Assembly (NCBI GenBank): GCA_038523235.1
Contig: JBCBJQ010000039.1
Location: forward strand, 1-48,618
Direction: 5' to 3'
DNA from: Cyanobacteria bacterium J06626_4
GTDB taxonomy: Bacteria; Cyanobacteriota; Cyanobacteriia; Phormidesmidales; Phormidesmidaceae
DNA: 48,618 nt
The translations under genes were made by a program, and so were the position numbers. The notes under the pieces are model-generated. The model worked only from the letters and a program-made list of their open reading frames with translations, searched no databases and was not told where the DNA came from. Of this stretch, positions 20,287 to 30,999 are shown piece after piece; the stretch's first letter is position 1, and the number at the start of each line of letters is the position of its first letter.

Positions 20287-20481
20287 TTAAAGTCGGTCTG
20301 CAGGCGATAGGCGCATGTGGGTGCCGCCACCTTGGCGTTGCCCAGGAAACTCATCGCCACCCGAACCGTTTGCAAGCGTTTCTGCCGGAACGCTCAAAAG
20401 CATCAAGCTCGCACTACAGAGTACGCTCAAACACAGGAGCCCACGGGGTAATACCAGTAACTGAATGAGGAGTGATTTCAT
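20287..20481 (-). CDS. Small secreted peptide with DUF928-like PGxRxGGGT motif
   Basis: MK start, long hydrophobic region ending ETLA, then NGSGGDEFPGQRQGGGTHMRLSPADRL; followed by a hairpin. Confidence 0.65.
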   Translation of the reverse strand: MKSLLIQLLVLPRGLLCLSVLCSASLMLLSVPAETLANGSGGDEFPGQRQGGGTHMRLSPADRL

Positions 20482-21067
20482 AGTTCTAGAACCTGACTTT
20501 TTAACTTAAGTCGAAAATTTACTGAATCAATGCACGAAACGGGGCTTCTCTTGAGAGTCGAGCGCACTTGTCTTTTGTATCATTTGAAACTTTACTTTCA
20601 ATGGTCTTACGTAAGCTTCAGTTAACATTAAAGCCGCTCCTTCAGCCGGGGAACACAGGGAAGTTACGGGGATATTCAGCCTGCGATTGCAAAGTATTTG
20701 TGAGGCTATCGAACCCGATTCAGGGCTATGAATGTATTAAAAGTCTACGGCTAAAATCGACTGTACTGAAACAGCTGCCATCTTTCTACATGCACGGTGA
20801 TCGCTGGCACTCGTTCAGCGATCCTCAGCAAAGCATCCGCGATCGCGAATTGTGATCGCTCTGGTGGGCGATCGGGTGACTCGTTAGATGGCTGTCCTCA
20901 GGGTCGTGCAATGCCCCCACCCCATTGAACAAAGGTCGTGGACAGTAACGATAATCGTCCATCTCAACAGCTACGCCCGGTAAAAGAGAGCGCAAATCCT
21001 CCTTCTACCGGGCGTCACTATAACTGTATTTATGGTGGTGCTAAAGGCGCCGCAGGTTCAGCATGAA

Positions 21068-23374
21068 TTATGAAGGAACGAGTTCTCCGGATTGAACAGC
21101 CTGGGTGTATTCGCGATCAAGCTTGAAGGTGACCACTGCCAAAGGTGGCAACGTAATATCGATGGAATAGGGCTGACCATGGTAAGACCAATCGTCAGTC
21201 CACTTGCCCCCTAAATTCCCCATGTTGCTGCCGCCAAAGTCGCGCGCATCACTATTGAAGAGTTCACGATAATAGCCTTGCTCAGAGACCCCGACCCGAT
21301 AATGGCTGTGAGGTTGCGGCGTAAAATTGCAGATAGCCACAATAAAGTCGCCACTATCTTGATCGCGACGCACAAACGACACCACACTGTGACGGTTATC
21401 GTTGCAATCAATCCATTCAAACCCCGACTGTGAAAAGTCTTGGGTGTAGAGGGCCGGTTCGCTGCGGTACAGTGCATTGAGCTTCGCCATGAAGGTGTGA
21501 TGCTTTTGATGGGGCTCATACTGCAGCAGATGCCATTCCAAATCCCCCCAAACGTTCCACTCACTCCACTGACCAAACTCCATGCTCATAAACAGCGTCT
21601 TTTTGCCGGGATGGAGAAACATATAGGTCAGTAAACAGCGGAGGTTGGCAAATTTTTGCCATTCATCCCCTGGCATTTTGCCGAGCATGTTGCTTTTGCC
21701 ATGCACCACTTCATCGTGGGAGAGGGCCAGCATAAAGTTCTCGCTAAAGGCATACCAAATGCTGAAGGTAATGTTGTTTTGATGGAACTGCCGAAACCAC
21801 GGATCCATGTGGAAATAATCCAACATGTCGTGCATCCAGCCCATGTTCCACTTCAGGTTGAACCCCAATCCGCCCACATAGGTGGGCCAAGAGACCATCG
21901 GCCAAGACGTGGATTCTTCAGCAATCGAGAGAATGCCGGGGTAGTAGCTAAACAGCAAATGGTTAACCTGACGCAAAAAGTCAGCTGCTTCGATATGCTC
22001 TCGGCCGCCATATTCATTGGCGATCCACTCTCCCGGTTCTCGCAGATAGTCGAGGTACAGCATTGAGGCCACAGCATCGACTCGCATGCCGTCAATGTGA
22101 TACTTGTCGAACCAAAACAGTGCATTCGCAACTAGAAAATTCCGAACCTCGTTGCGACCGTAATTAAAGACTAAAGTGCCCCACTCTTTATGCTCGCCCT
22201 TGCGGGGATCAGCATGCTCATAGAGGTGGGTGCCATCGAAAAAGGCCAGGCCATGACCGTCTTTAGGAAAGTGCCCCGGCACCCAATCCACCAAAACGCC
22301 AATGCCACTTTGATGACACTGATCGATAAAGTACATCAGGTCTTCGGGGTTGCCATAGCGAGAAGTAGCGGCGTAGTAACCGGTGACCTGATAGCCCCAC
22401 GAGCCATCAAAGGGGTGTTCAGCGACGGGGAGCAGTTCAATATGGGTGAAACCGAGTTTCTTCACATAGGGAATCAGTTTGGCGGCCAGTTCTCGATAGG
22501 TGAGAAATCTCGCGCCGGGCTTGAGTTCAGCCACCTGCACGGACGGTTCCACTGCGCCATTAGGCAGCCGGGCGGGCTCTGCTGAAGAGCCGTGCAGCCA
22601 AGAACCCAGATGCACTTCATAAACTGAAACCGGTTGAGTCAGTGGGTCGGTAGAACGGCGCTTTTCCATCCAATCAGCGTCTTGCCAATCGTAGGTGTCT
22701 AGATCCGCGACGATAGAAGCGGTTTTGGGTCGTACTTCCTGCTGAAATCCGTAGGGGTCAGACTTTTCGTAAATATGGCCGTGATGGTTCTTGATCTCAA
22801 ACTTGTAGTGCTCGCCGACGCTAGTTTCGGGGATAAAGAGCTCCCAAATGCCGTTGCCGATCAAGCGCATTTGGTGCTTGCGTCCATCCCAATAGTTAAA
22901 ATCGCCGAGCACTGATACGTTACGAGCAGCCGGTGCCCAAACGGCAAAGTAAACGCCTGAGACGCCTTCGATCTCAGCGGTGTGGGCGCCAAGCTTTTCG
23001 TAGATCCGATGGTGGTTACCTTCCGCAAATAGATGAATATCGAAGTCGGTGATCCGACGAGTTTTAAAGGCGTAGGGATCGTATATGAATCGTTCGTGTT
23101 CGCCTTCCTTATATTTGAGCTGGTAGTTGGGCAAATCTTGAACTTCTAAAACACATTCAAAAAAGTGGGGGTTATGGCTAGCGGCCATCGCCAACTCACT
23201 GCGGGTTTCGGGCAGCACCACCCAAGCCTGAGACGCATTGGGAAGATACGTCCTCACCGCCCACACCGTCTTGCCGTCTTGCTGAATCAAATGCGGCCCC
23301 AGCACCTCAAAAGGGTCGTGGTGTTGATTCCAAACGATGCGATCGATTTGCTCGGGGGCAACTGTAACAGGCAT
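21068..23374 (-). CDS. glgB: 1,4-alpha-glucan branching enzyme
   Basis: [44 protein letters not shown] and [12 protein letters not shown]13 motifs. True start most likely ATG 23374 ([11 protein letters not shown]). Confidence 0.97.
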   Translation of the reverse strand: MPVTVAPEQIDRIVWNQHHDPFEVLGPHLIQQDGKTVWAVRTYLPNASQAWVVLPETRSELAMAASHNPHFFECVLEVQDLPNYQLKYKEGEHERFIYDPYAFKTRRITDFDIHLFAEGNHHRIYEKLGAHTAEIEGVSGVYFAVWAPAARNVSVLGDFNYWDGRKHQMRLIGNGIWELFIPETSVGEHYKFEIKNHHGHIYEKSDPYGFQQEVRPKTASIVADLDTYDWQDADWMEKRRSTDPLTQPVSVYEVHLGSWLHGSSAEPARLPNGAVEPSVQVAELKPGARFLTYRELAAKLIPYVKKLGFTHIELLPVAEHPFDGSWGYQVTGYYAATSRYGNPEDLMYFIDQCHQSGIGVLVDWVPGHFPKDGHGLAFFDGTHLYEHADPRKGEHKEWGTLVFNYGRNEVRNFLVANALFWFDKYHIDGMRVDAVASMLYLDYLREPGEWIANEYGGREHIEAADFLRQVNHLLFSYYPGILSIAEESTSWPMVSWPTYVGGLGFNLKWNMGWMHDMLDYFHMDPWFRQFHQNNITFSIWYAFSENFMLALSHDEVVHGKSNMLGKMPGDEWQKFANLRCLLTYMFLHPGKKTLFMSMEFGQWSEWNVWGDLEWHLLQYEPHQKHHTFMAKLNALYRSEPALYTQDFSQSGFEWIDCNDNRHSVVSFVRRDQDSGDFIVAICNFTPQPHSHYRVGVSEQGYYRELFNSDARDFGGSNMGNLGGKWTDDWSYHGQPYSIDITLPPLAVVTFKLDREYTQAVQSGELVPS

Positions 23375-23549
23375 AGATAACCTTGTATTAAGACGTTTCA
23401 GACGATGTATTGAAAATCGGCACCCCGATTGGGGGCTGTGACTCATGTAATATCTGGAAAACAGATTAACAAAACTTTGTAAAGAAAATCTGTTCTCAGG
23501 GTCAAAGCGGTCACTTTTATTGCTTGCACTCGGCAACTCGGCCCCGACA

Positions 23550-23846
23550 TTAAGGAATTAATGGAATGATCGGCTTGAGAACTCGTCTGATTTGCAGGAG
23601 AAAAACCGTTTCGCGTACCTGCGAAGACAGCAGTGGTTCCTGATTTTGCCGCAGGTCTTCTTGGAGTTCAAGATATTCGGCCGCGCTGAGGGGTTCACCC
23701 GTCAGGGGCGATCGCGCTTCTAAAATAATCTCGGTTCTCAAGACTTCTTCTGGCGTGTCGGTGGGGGGCGGAAGCGCCATGACGGCAGGTGCTCGGAGCA
23801 GCCCGCAGCTAGTCATGATCATGAGCAAAATCTGGGAAGACCTCAT
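23550..23846 (-). CDS. Conserved cyanobacterial hypothetical protein with signal peptide
   Basis: Signal-like N-terminus followed by [35 protein letters not shown]. Confidence 0.75.
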   Translation of the reverse strand: MRSSQILLMIMTSCGLLRAPAVMALPPPTDTPEEVLRTEIILEARSPLTGEPLSAAEYLELQEDLRQNQEPLLSSQVRETVFLLQIRRVLKPIIPLIP

Positions 23847-24017
23847 ACCCCGGTGTGGTAACGCTGCATGTGTGAACTGCCCCTACAGTAGCTTGTTGAA
23901 AACCATTCTGAGCGTTTAGATAGCATAATATCGAGCGTGACTCAAACCTGAGACCAGCCCCATGCCAGAATGAGCCTTAGGCCGACGTCGCTGCTAAATT
24001 TGCCCTCACGTTAAACC

Positions 24018-24500
24018 ATGTCGTTTTCACCTCCATTCAGTATTCGCTGGCTGACCGCTGAAGACTGGGCACTGATGGCAGCCATGATGACCACCTTTGG
24101 CGCAGCATTCGATGATCGGGAAACCTACACGGCGGCTCGCCCCAGCCAAACCTATCTGCAGCGCTTACTCGCCAGCGATTACTTCATTGCTCTGGCCGCT
24201 TTAAAGCAGGGCTCAGTAGTCGGTGGCATCGCTGCCTACGAACTGCAGAAGTTTGAGCAGGAGCGCAGTGAAATCTATATTTATGACCTGGCTGTAGCTG
24301 CAGCATACCGACGCGAGGGTATCGCGACGGCATTGATTCAAGAACTCAAGAGAGTTGCCGCAGCACGGGCTGCCTCGGTGATCTATGTGCAGGCAGATAG
24401 GGACGATGCACCGGCGATCGCGCTCTATACAAAGCTGGGAATTCGCACAGAAGTACTGCACTTTGACATTCCAGTTGCGGCCATGAATGACGCTGGATAA
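24018..24500 (+). CDS. AAC(3)-I family aminoglycoside N-acetyltransferase-like GNAT
   Basis: [22 protein letters not shown]...[10 protein letters not shown] and [26 protein letters not shown] closely match AAC(3)-Ia motifs. Confidence 0.88.
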   Translation: MSFSPPFSIRWLTAEDWALMAAMMTTFGAAFDDRETYTAARPSQTYLQRLLASDYFIALAALKQGSVVGGIAAYELQKFEQERSEIYIYDLAVAAAYRREGIATALIQELKRVAAARAASVIYVQADRDDAPAIALYTKLGIRTEVLHFDIPVAAMNDAG

Positions 24501-24615
24501 CGGCACGAAGGTACACCGAGCCCTAAAAGATTGATGAGTCTGCACTCTGGGCTATTTACGACGGATGATGATGGCCAACGACACGGTAATCACAGCGCGC
24601 CATATCCTGCATCTC

Positions 24616-27600
24616 TTAATCAGAGAGTACGTTTTGGCAAAGTGAGCGATCGCCCTCGCCGAATTCGGCGCTATGCAAGATATGCGTCGCGACTCGCTCA
24701 CACCCCATCTGCACCAAGTTATCTAAATCCGTAAGACCATCAAGCTGATGCAAAATCAGCTGGCGATTATCCGCTGAGGCGAGCTGGGTGCTGTCGGGGG
24801 CGAAAAACAAGCTCGTGGGTGGCGATTCATGGCCCCCCAGGGTAATCAAGCTGCTCTGGTCACGGTGCCAAAGTCTGACCCGATTGTCATAGTTACCCAC
24901 CACAAACATTTGGCTATCAGCACTGAATTGCGGCGCCGTAGCATCCCCATCCCCTTGAATTGTTCTCAATCGCTGCCCTTCCACGTCCCAAATTTCGTAG
25001 GTCTTGGCCCCGATGGGTACGGCTAACAACGTTTCATCGGGGCTGACGATCAGGCCCCAAGGGTTGCTCGAATCGAGACTGGGCATCACCGTATTAATCA
25101 GTGTGCCAGTTTCGGTCTGCCAGCGTTGAACGGCTCCATTGGGAACGGTCGTGATGAGGGTTTGGCCATCTTCACTGAACCGGATATCGATGGCTTGTTG
25201 GGCCTCATCCTCAGATTTAGCCATCGGTTCAATCAGGGTGGCGATGAGTTCGCCGTTCTGACGCCACAGTTGCACCGGCCCATAAGTGGTTGAAGAATAT
25301 TTTTGGGTAACAAACGTATCACCCGTGGGACTGAAGGTGAATAAGACGTTGATATCGTCTTCTTCAGCCATTTCCTCAATTGCCATGAGGGTGGCGATGG
25401 CTTGTCCCTGAGCGTCCCAAAGTTGAACAAGGCCAGGATTTTGGGGTGATCTTACGACAGTCGAGATCGTTTCACCATCAGGGCTGAGCTTAACGTCAAT
25501 CCAGGTTGAACTTCTCTCTTCATCGTCGGCAATCGCGATCGCCTCCACCAAGGTTGCCTGCTTCTGGCCGCTGCTGTCCCAAAGCTCGACAGGGCCGTAG
25601 GTCTCTGAGGTATATGGCAGAGTGACGAGGGTACCGCCTGATTCGCTGCTGAATACCTGTCTGCCGACATAAGCCGCTTCAGCGACGGCCTCGGCTCGCA
25701 TCATCGGAGCAATGAGGGTCGTGATGGGCCCGCCGTCAGTATTCCACAGCTGCACAGGGCCATCCCCCTCCATCCCTTCGAGTTGGGTGACAATCGCCTG
25801 GCCGTCGCCAGTAAAGGCAATCACATTGTGATAATGGTGGTTTTCAGTGTAGCCCTCGGCTTTGGGCAGTTGCTCAACTAACGTGGCGAGCAACTGCCCG
25901 TCCTGGGTCCAGAGCCGGGCGGGGCCATAGGTTTCTGGGGTTTGAGCGATCGTAATAATGCGCTGGCCATCGGAGCTGATGCGAGTCACTAGCTCGCTTG
26001 TCGTATCTTTTGGGGTCGTCTCGGTTTGTTCAATCAAGGTAGCTTGCCGCTGGCCGTCAGCGCTCCACACCTGCACCGGCCCATAAGAGACCTGAGCCTG
26101 CTGAGCCGTCGTGACCAGGGTGCTGCCGTCAGCGCTCCAGTTTGCATTCACGACTCCAGCATTTTGCTCGGTTAGGGTTGCGATGGGACTACCATCTGCC
26201 TGCCAAAGTTTGACCGGTCCATTAGTCATGCCCGTGACAAATTGCGTTTGGTCTGGGTTCACAAAGTGCTGGTCAACTTGGGTGCTTTTAGCCAGGTTGA
26301 CATCAACACTCCAGAGGCGCAGGGTCGCATCGTAGCTGCCTGTGGCCAAGACCGCCCCATCCGGCCTGAAATCGAGGCTATTGATCCAGTCGGCATGACC
26401 GGGCAGATCGTCGACCAGCGTGCCATCTAAGCGCCACAGTTTGACCGTTTTGTCATAACTGGCAGTTGCCAACAGTTGCCCATCGGGGCTGAACTTCATG
26501 GTACTGATGAAGGCATCATGACCGTCGAGAGCAGCGATGAGATCGCCCTCGGGGTTCCAAAGCCGGACGAAGGGGCCACGATTGGCTTGATTAAAGGTGT
26601 AGCTAGCAGCAATATGGCCATCAGCGCTCAAGACGACTGTGCCTAGCGTGGCATTTTGGGGGAGTTGACTCTGCGCCAAGGTAACCTGCTGAGTGCCGTC
26701 GGGTTGATAAACCTGCAGTTGGTCATCACCAGAAAAGATCAGCCTAGAGCCATCGGGGCTGAGCGCCTGATACTGCAACTCGCCAGGGACGACAAATTCT
26801 TGATAGGTACCGTCAAGTCGCCATAGCCTCACTAATTGGCGATCGCTCTCAAAAACCACGAGCGTTTGCCCATCTTCACTAAAGCCGTTTTGTCCCAATT
26901 CGCTTAAGCTGCTCAACCAGCCGACAGCGGCACTATTGGGCAAGTCTGTGCGCAAGGTGCCATCGGGGTGCCAGAGGCGAATGCTGTTGCCATCCGAGGT
27001 TGCAATAGTTTGGCCGTTAGGGCTAGGAGCGATCCACTGCCATTGAGTCTCTGAGGACAGCGTCGGCAAGGCATTGCCCGCCAAATCCCACCGCTGGATT
27101 GAGGGTTGACCCAAACCGGGATCCCAACCACTCATCATTAGCGCTCGACTATCGGCGGTGAATACAACGCTATTGAATTGACCGGCATGTTCGAGCGGTG
27201 CGATGGGTAAACCATCGGCATTTTTCAAGCGTTGGCCATCGGGCGTCCAGAGTTTAATCTGTTGTTCATCAACGGTGATCAGCGTCTGACCGTCGGGGCT
27301 AAATTTAGCCGCACTGACAAGTCGCTCAAAGTCTTCGAGCCGATGAATTTCGCGTCCCAGATAAACCGCTTGTTGTAAGGCGGTTGTGACGCGATCGTGC
27401 AGGGGGCGGTCGTGAGCTAACCAATGCGCGCTGCGCAGGCGGTCTTCGGCTTTGAGGGCGGTCACCAAGGCATCAAAAGATTGGCCCGTAATAAATTGCG
27501 CCTCTGAAGAGGCCGCGAGAGCTTGAATTTCACTCTTGATCGCCTGGCGACGACTGTGGGAAGCCCAGACGCCAGTGCCTGCTGCCACCAGGGCAACGGT

Positions 27601-29577
27601 GGTCATGATGCCCAGCAGCGATCGCAAGATGACCCGCTGCCGCTGCTCTTGACGCACCTCTGCAGCAATTGCGGCTTGGCTCGCTTCGATGTAGTTCACC
27701 TGCAGCTCAGTCGGTGCGGGCTGCTTATGCTCCTTGATCGCGGCTTGCAGCCAGGCTTCGGCGATTGCAAACTCGCTGCCCCGTAGTAGCAAGTCTGGGC
27801 TCTGCTGTAACTGCTGCCATTCGATCGCCTGCTGCGACCATTTTGTATGGCTCTGCACATATTCGCGATCGGTTTCAAGTACGCGCACCAGCTGGTTAAA
27901 ATCTTCCCAAAAGTCGCGCTCAGCTTGGGCAAAATCGAGCCACTGCACCTGGGCCAAGGCAGGATGCAAACCCTCTAGATCGATAGGCTGATGCAGAATC
28001 GTGATGAAGCGCTTGTTGAGCTTAGCGGCATATTCCACCTCCTCAGCGCAGTAGCGCGACTGCACAGAGCGCGGCGACAAAATGAACACAAAGTTGTTGG
28101 AAACTTCAATGCCCCGCCGAATTTCGGTCTTAAAGTCAGCGCTGGCATTGGCGATGCTTTCTTGGTCAAACCAGGTCAGCTTGCCGTAAATCTGCAGGGT
28201 GTCGTTCAGTTGCCGCGCAAAGTCAGCATCAGCACGGGAATACGAAATGAAGACATCTAAGGAACTGGGCGGCGGTTGCCGCAGGCTTTCCTCGATCAAG
28301 TCGGCCTGCAGGGGCGTGGGCAGGTGCTGGCTGCGTGTCTGCGCCGTTTTGAGCCAAATGTCCGCCTGTCGCAGATTATAGCCCCGTAGCAAAATGCTGG
28401 GATTACGGTGCTGCTGTTTCCATTTCAGCGCCTGCACCAGCAGCAACTTGTGGGTTTGATAATATTCATCGTCGGTCTGCAAAATCCGCAGCAGTTCGCT
28501 CTCGTCAGCCTGATAATCACCAACCTGCGGGTTACCAGTGAGGTCGATATAGTGCAAGTCACTCAACTCTGGCGGGCAGGTGGCCGCCTCGACCGGACTT
28601 ACCAAGATGGGAATGATGCGTTTGTTGAGGGCGATCGCGTAGCTAAGTTCTCGCTGACAGTAGGATGATTCGAGCGAGGCCGGGGAGAGCAAATAAACCA
28701 GGTTATCTGCCTGCTCAATCCCCTGCAGGATGGCTTGGGGGAAGTCGGCTCCGGGTTGCAGGTCAGTCGTATTGGTCCAGACGGTGATACCGGCTCGCCA
28801 CAGAGAGCGGCGCACCGGCTCCATCACCGCACGATCGGTTTCGGCGTAAGCCAAAAACACTTGAGTCATCAAGTTTTTGGCACTCTTGAGGCTCTCGGCA
28901 ATAAACTCACACTGCAGATCGGTCGGTTGGCCAGGAGACTGCCGGTCTTGAAAGCGAGCCTGTAGCCAATCTATCCCCTGGCGACAGTCATCACCCACCA
29001 GTAACACCGGCGTTTGCCGATGCTGCTGCTCCCAAGTCATCGCCCGTGTGAGCAACACCGTATGTTGATGCACCACGTCTCGCTGCTGCTCAAAGAGCCC
29101 GACCAGGGACTGAAATGACTGCTCAAAATCATTGATGCCAGATTGAAAGCTCACCTGGTTCCAGTTGATTTTGGCTAGTTCAGGATGTAGGTGAGTAAAA
29201 CAAGAATGCTTGCCCGTCGCTTGATAAGCCTGCCAGTCGGCTTCGCTGCTATGGGGATGACGCTGCTGCCAAGTTTCTTTGCTGATCTGCTCAACGTGCA
29301 TGATCGGCACTAGGCGCTTGTTGAGCGCAATCGCGAGGTCGATCTCTTTGCGACAATAGGCCGAGTTAGTCGCGTGGGGCGAAATGATAAACAGAAAGTT
29401 GTCAGCTTTCGCGATGCCGTCATTAATGCGCAGCTGATAGTCTTTGCCGGGAGGAATGTCGTTGTAGTCAAACCAAACGGTGTAGCCAGCCTCGGTCAAG
29501 CGATGGCACAGGTGTTGGGCAAATTCTCGACTGTCGGCCCGTCCGTAAGAAATAAAGACATCTTTCAGCAGATTCAT
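24616..29577 (-). CDS. Triple TIR domain + transmembrane + WD40 repeat protein
   Basis: Three TIR starts (DVFISYGRAD, QVFLAYAETD, DVFISYSRAD), a TM segment (LLGIMTTVALVAAGTGVWA) and WD40 repeats (FSPDGQLLATASYDKTVKLW). Confidence 0.92.
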   Translation of the reverse strand: MNLLKDVFISYGRADSREFAQHLCHRLTEAGYTVWFDYNDIPPGKDYQLRINDGIAKADNFLFIISPHATNSAYCRKEIDLAIALNKRLVPIMHVEQISKETWQQRHPHSSEADWQAYQATGKHSCFTHLHPELAKINWNQVSFQSGINDFEQSFQSLVGLFEQQRDVVHQHTVLLTRAMTWEQQHRQTPVLLVGDDCRQGIDWLQARFQDRQSPGQPTDLQCEFIAESLKSAKNLMTQVFLAYAETDRAVMEPVRRSLWRAGITVWTNTTDLQPGADFPQAILQGIEQADNLVYLLSPASLESSYCQRELSYAIALNKRIIPILVSPVEAATCPPELSDLHYIDLTGNPQVGDYQADESELLRILQTDDEYYQTHKLLLVQALKWKQQHRNPSILLRGYNLRQADIWLKTAQTRSQHLPTPLQADLIEESLRQPPPSSLDVFISYSRADADFARQLNDTLQIYGKLTWFDQESIANASADFKTEIRRGIEVSNNFVFILSPRSVQSRYCAEEVEYAAKLNKRFITILHQPIDLEGLHPALAQVQWLDFAQAERDFWEDFNQLVRVLETDREYVQSHTKWSQQAIEWQQLQQSPDLLLRGSEFAIAEAWLQAAIKEHKQPAPTELQVNYIEASQAAIAAEVRQEQRQRVILRSLLGIMTTVALVAAGTGVWASHSRRQAIKSEIQALAASSEAQFITGQSFDALVTALKAEDRLRSAHWLAHDRPLHDRVTTALQQAVYLGREIHRLEDFERLVSAAKFSPDGQTLITVDEQQIKLWTPDGQRLKNADGLPIAPLEHAGQFNSVVFTADSRALMMSGWDPGLGQPSIQRWDLAGNALPTLSSETQWQWIAPSPNGQTIATSDGNSIRLWHPDGTLRTDLPNSAAVGWLSSLSELGQNGFSEDGQTLVVFESDRQLVRLWRLDGTYQEFVVPGELQYQALSPDGSRLIFSGDDQLQVYQPDGTQQVTLAQSQLPQNATLGTVVLSADGHIAASYTFNQANRGPFVRLWNPEGDLIAALDGHDAFISTMKFSPDGQLLATASYDKTVKLWRLDGTLVDDLPGHADWINSLDFRPDGAVLATGSYDATLRLWSVDVNLAKSTQVDQHFVNPDQTQFVTGMTNGPVKLWQADGSPIATLTEQNAGVVNANWSADGSTLVTTAQQAQVSYGPVQVWSADGQRQATLIEQTETTPKDTTSELVTRISSDGQRIITIAQTPETYGPARLWTQDGQLLATLVEQLPKAEGYTENHHYHNVIAFTGDGQAIVTQLEGMEGDGPVQLWNTDGGPITTLIAPMMRAEAVAEAAYVGRQVFSSESGGTLVTLPYTSETYGPVELWDSSGQKQATLVEAIAIADDEERSSTWIDVKLSPDGETISTVVRSPQNPGLVQLWDAQGQAIATLMAIEEMAEEDDINVLFTFSPTGDTFVTQKYSSTTYGPVQLWRQNGELIATLIEPMAKSEDEAQQAIDIRFSEDGQTLITTVPNGAVQRWQTETGTLINTVMPSLDSSNPWGLIVSPDETLLAVPIGAKTYEIWDVEGQRLRTIQGDGDATAPQFSADSQMFVVGNYDNRVRLWHRDQSSLITLGGHESPPTSLFFAPDSTQLASADNRQLILHQLDGLTDLDNLVQMGCERVATHILHSAEFGEGDRSLCQNVLSD

Positions 29578-30133
29578 AACGAGTGATGGCAGCTCTTAAC
29601 TCTCTAGGGTCTGTTCATACAGCGCAAACCATAGGTGCTATTAATGTGCCCGGCTGCCGTGACGTGTCCCACGCTGTTGCGAGAATCACCGCGTCGCCGC
29701 CTGGCCGCACAAACGGTCTGGGGTTCACGCGATCAGACAAACGATGCCCGCAGCTTGCTGAGCAAAACGCATCAGCCACTGGGCGGAGGCTTGATAAAGC
29801 ACGGCATCTTGCCCAACCCGTCCTCCTGGTGGCGATTTAGGGCATCTGTAAGCGATCGCAGTGCTGACCAACCGTCTGCGAGACCACGCTGCTTTGGGCG
29901 TCTCGAGTTCTGGGGTTATTTCGTCTTGCCACAGAAATTACTTCGTAATTGAGAACCGGTATTAACGGCTACTGAGCACAAGATCAGAGATTAAGCCCCC
30001 GGTGCAGGCTGGCAATCTATCCGTCATGCCTGCCCCCAAAAGCGCCACTCCGCATCAACGGCAGCGGCGGCGATCGCTCAAGCAATCAAGTTCGCAGGCA
30101 CCTGTTGGGTTATCCCTTGAAGACCAACATATT

Positions 30134-30153
30134 AGCTTCATGAAAGCTTCATG
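30134..30153 (+). promoter_or_regulatory. AGCTTCATG direct repeat with 11-bp period; OmpR-type binding site candidate
   Basis: AGCTTCATG at 30134 and 30145, upstream of the sugar transferase. Confidence 0.4.
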
Positions 30154-30300
30154 CGAATGCAAAGATCCCGCAAATTTGTTCAAAACACCTCAATTAGCAC
30201 TGGGGAAAACATAGAAGTTCGTTAGATTTTCCTTAACAGAGTGCATGAGTGTAAATACGCAATTCTACAAGTCCCCCAAAAACTTAATCCCTAAAGTTCT

Positions 30301-30981
30301 ATGGAATCGCTCGCATCTACCTCAACCGTTGCCGCTGCCGGCACCATGACCGCCAGACAACTCCCCCCGGTTATCCATCCTTCAGCATCTTGCATTATCA
30401 AACGCAGCATTGATATTTTGGGCAGCCTGATTGGTCTCTTGGTGCTCGCTTTAATCACCATTCCAGTAGCGATCGCTATTAAATTAGAAAGTAGCGGCCC
30501 AATTTTTTATTCTCAAGAGCGCTATGGCCTGCACGGGGCGACCTTCCGCATTTGGAAGTTTCGCTCGATGGTCGAGAACGCCGATGAGTTAAAGGCTCTG
30601 ATCGAAAATGAAGTGCAGGGCCAGCTGTTCAAAAACGAGAACGATCCGCGCATTACCCGAGTGGGTCAGTTTTTACGGCGCACGAGTCTCGATGAGTTTC
30701 CGCAATTTTGGAACGTGCTCAAGGGAGACATGAGCTTAGTCGGCACCCGCCCCCCCACCGGTGATGAAGTGGCGAATTATGCTAGCCACCACTGGGAGCG
30801 CCTGAATGTCAAACCCGGCATTACCGGTCAGTGGCAGGTGAGCGGCCGCTCTTCAATCAAAGATTTTGAAGAAGTCGTCAAGCTTGACTTGCTCTATCAA
30901 GAACTTTGGAACCCCATTTACGATCTACGGCTCATCTTCAGAACCGTTTTTCATCTGTTATCGCGCTCTGACGCCTATTAA
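30301..30981 (+). CDS. Bacterial sugar transferase (polyprenyl-phosphate glycosylphosphotransferase, WcaJ/EpsL-like)
   Basis: KRSIDI, KFRSM, DPRITRVGQFLRRTSLDEFPQFWNVLKGDMSLVGTRP and KPGITGQWQVSGRS. Confidence 0.95.
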   Translation: MESLASTSTVAAAGTMTARQLPPVIHPSASCIIKRSIDILGSLIGLLVLALITIPVAIAIKLESSGPIFYSQERYGLHGATFRIWKFRSMVENADELKALIENEVQGQLFKNENDPRITRVGQFLRRTSLDEFPQFWNVLKGDMSLVGTRPPTGDEVANYASHHWERLNVKPGITGQWQVSGRSSIKDFEEVVKLDLLYQELWNPIYDLRLIFRTVFHLLSRSDAY

Positions 30982-30999
30982 ATCAGGCGATTACGCTTC

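Noticed and set aside
20355..20375. Literal GGDEF pentapeptide inside the small peptide next to a GGDEF gene
   Set aside because: Five residues without the domain fold, in an exported peptide; most likely coincidence.
20770..20895. Possible degenerate attC (GCCATCT...GTTAGATGGC)
   Set aside because: The left end lacks the RYYYAAC box, the pairing is mostly explained by HIP1-like sites, and there is no cassette ORF.
23375..23536. N-terminal extension of glgB in the ORF track (similar cases for gap, the SH3 lipoprotein and the ligase)
   Set aside because: Family similarity begins at downstream ATGs; the extensions read as promoter/UTR sequence.
29583..30214. Small ORFs between the TIR gene and the sugar transferase as partner genes
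   Set aside because: No domain-like sequence or RBS; the region looks like a divergent promoter region.
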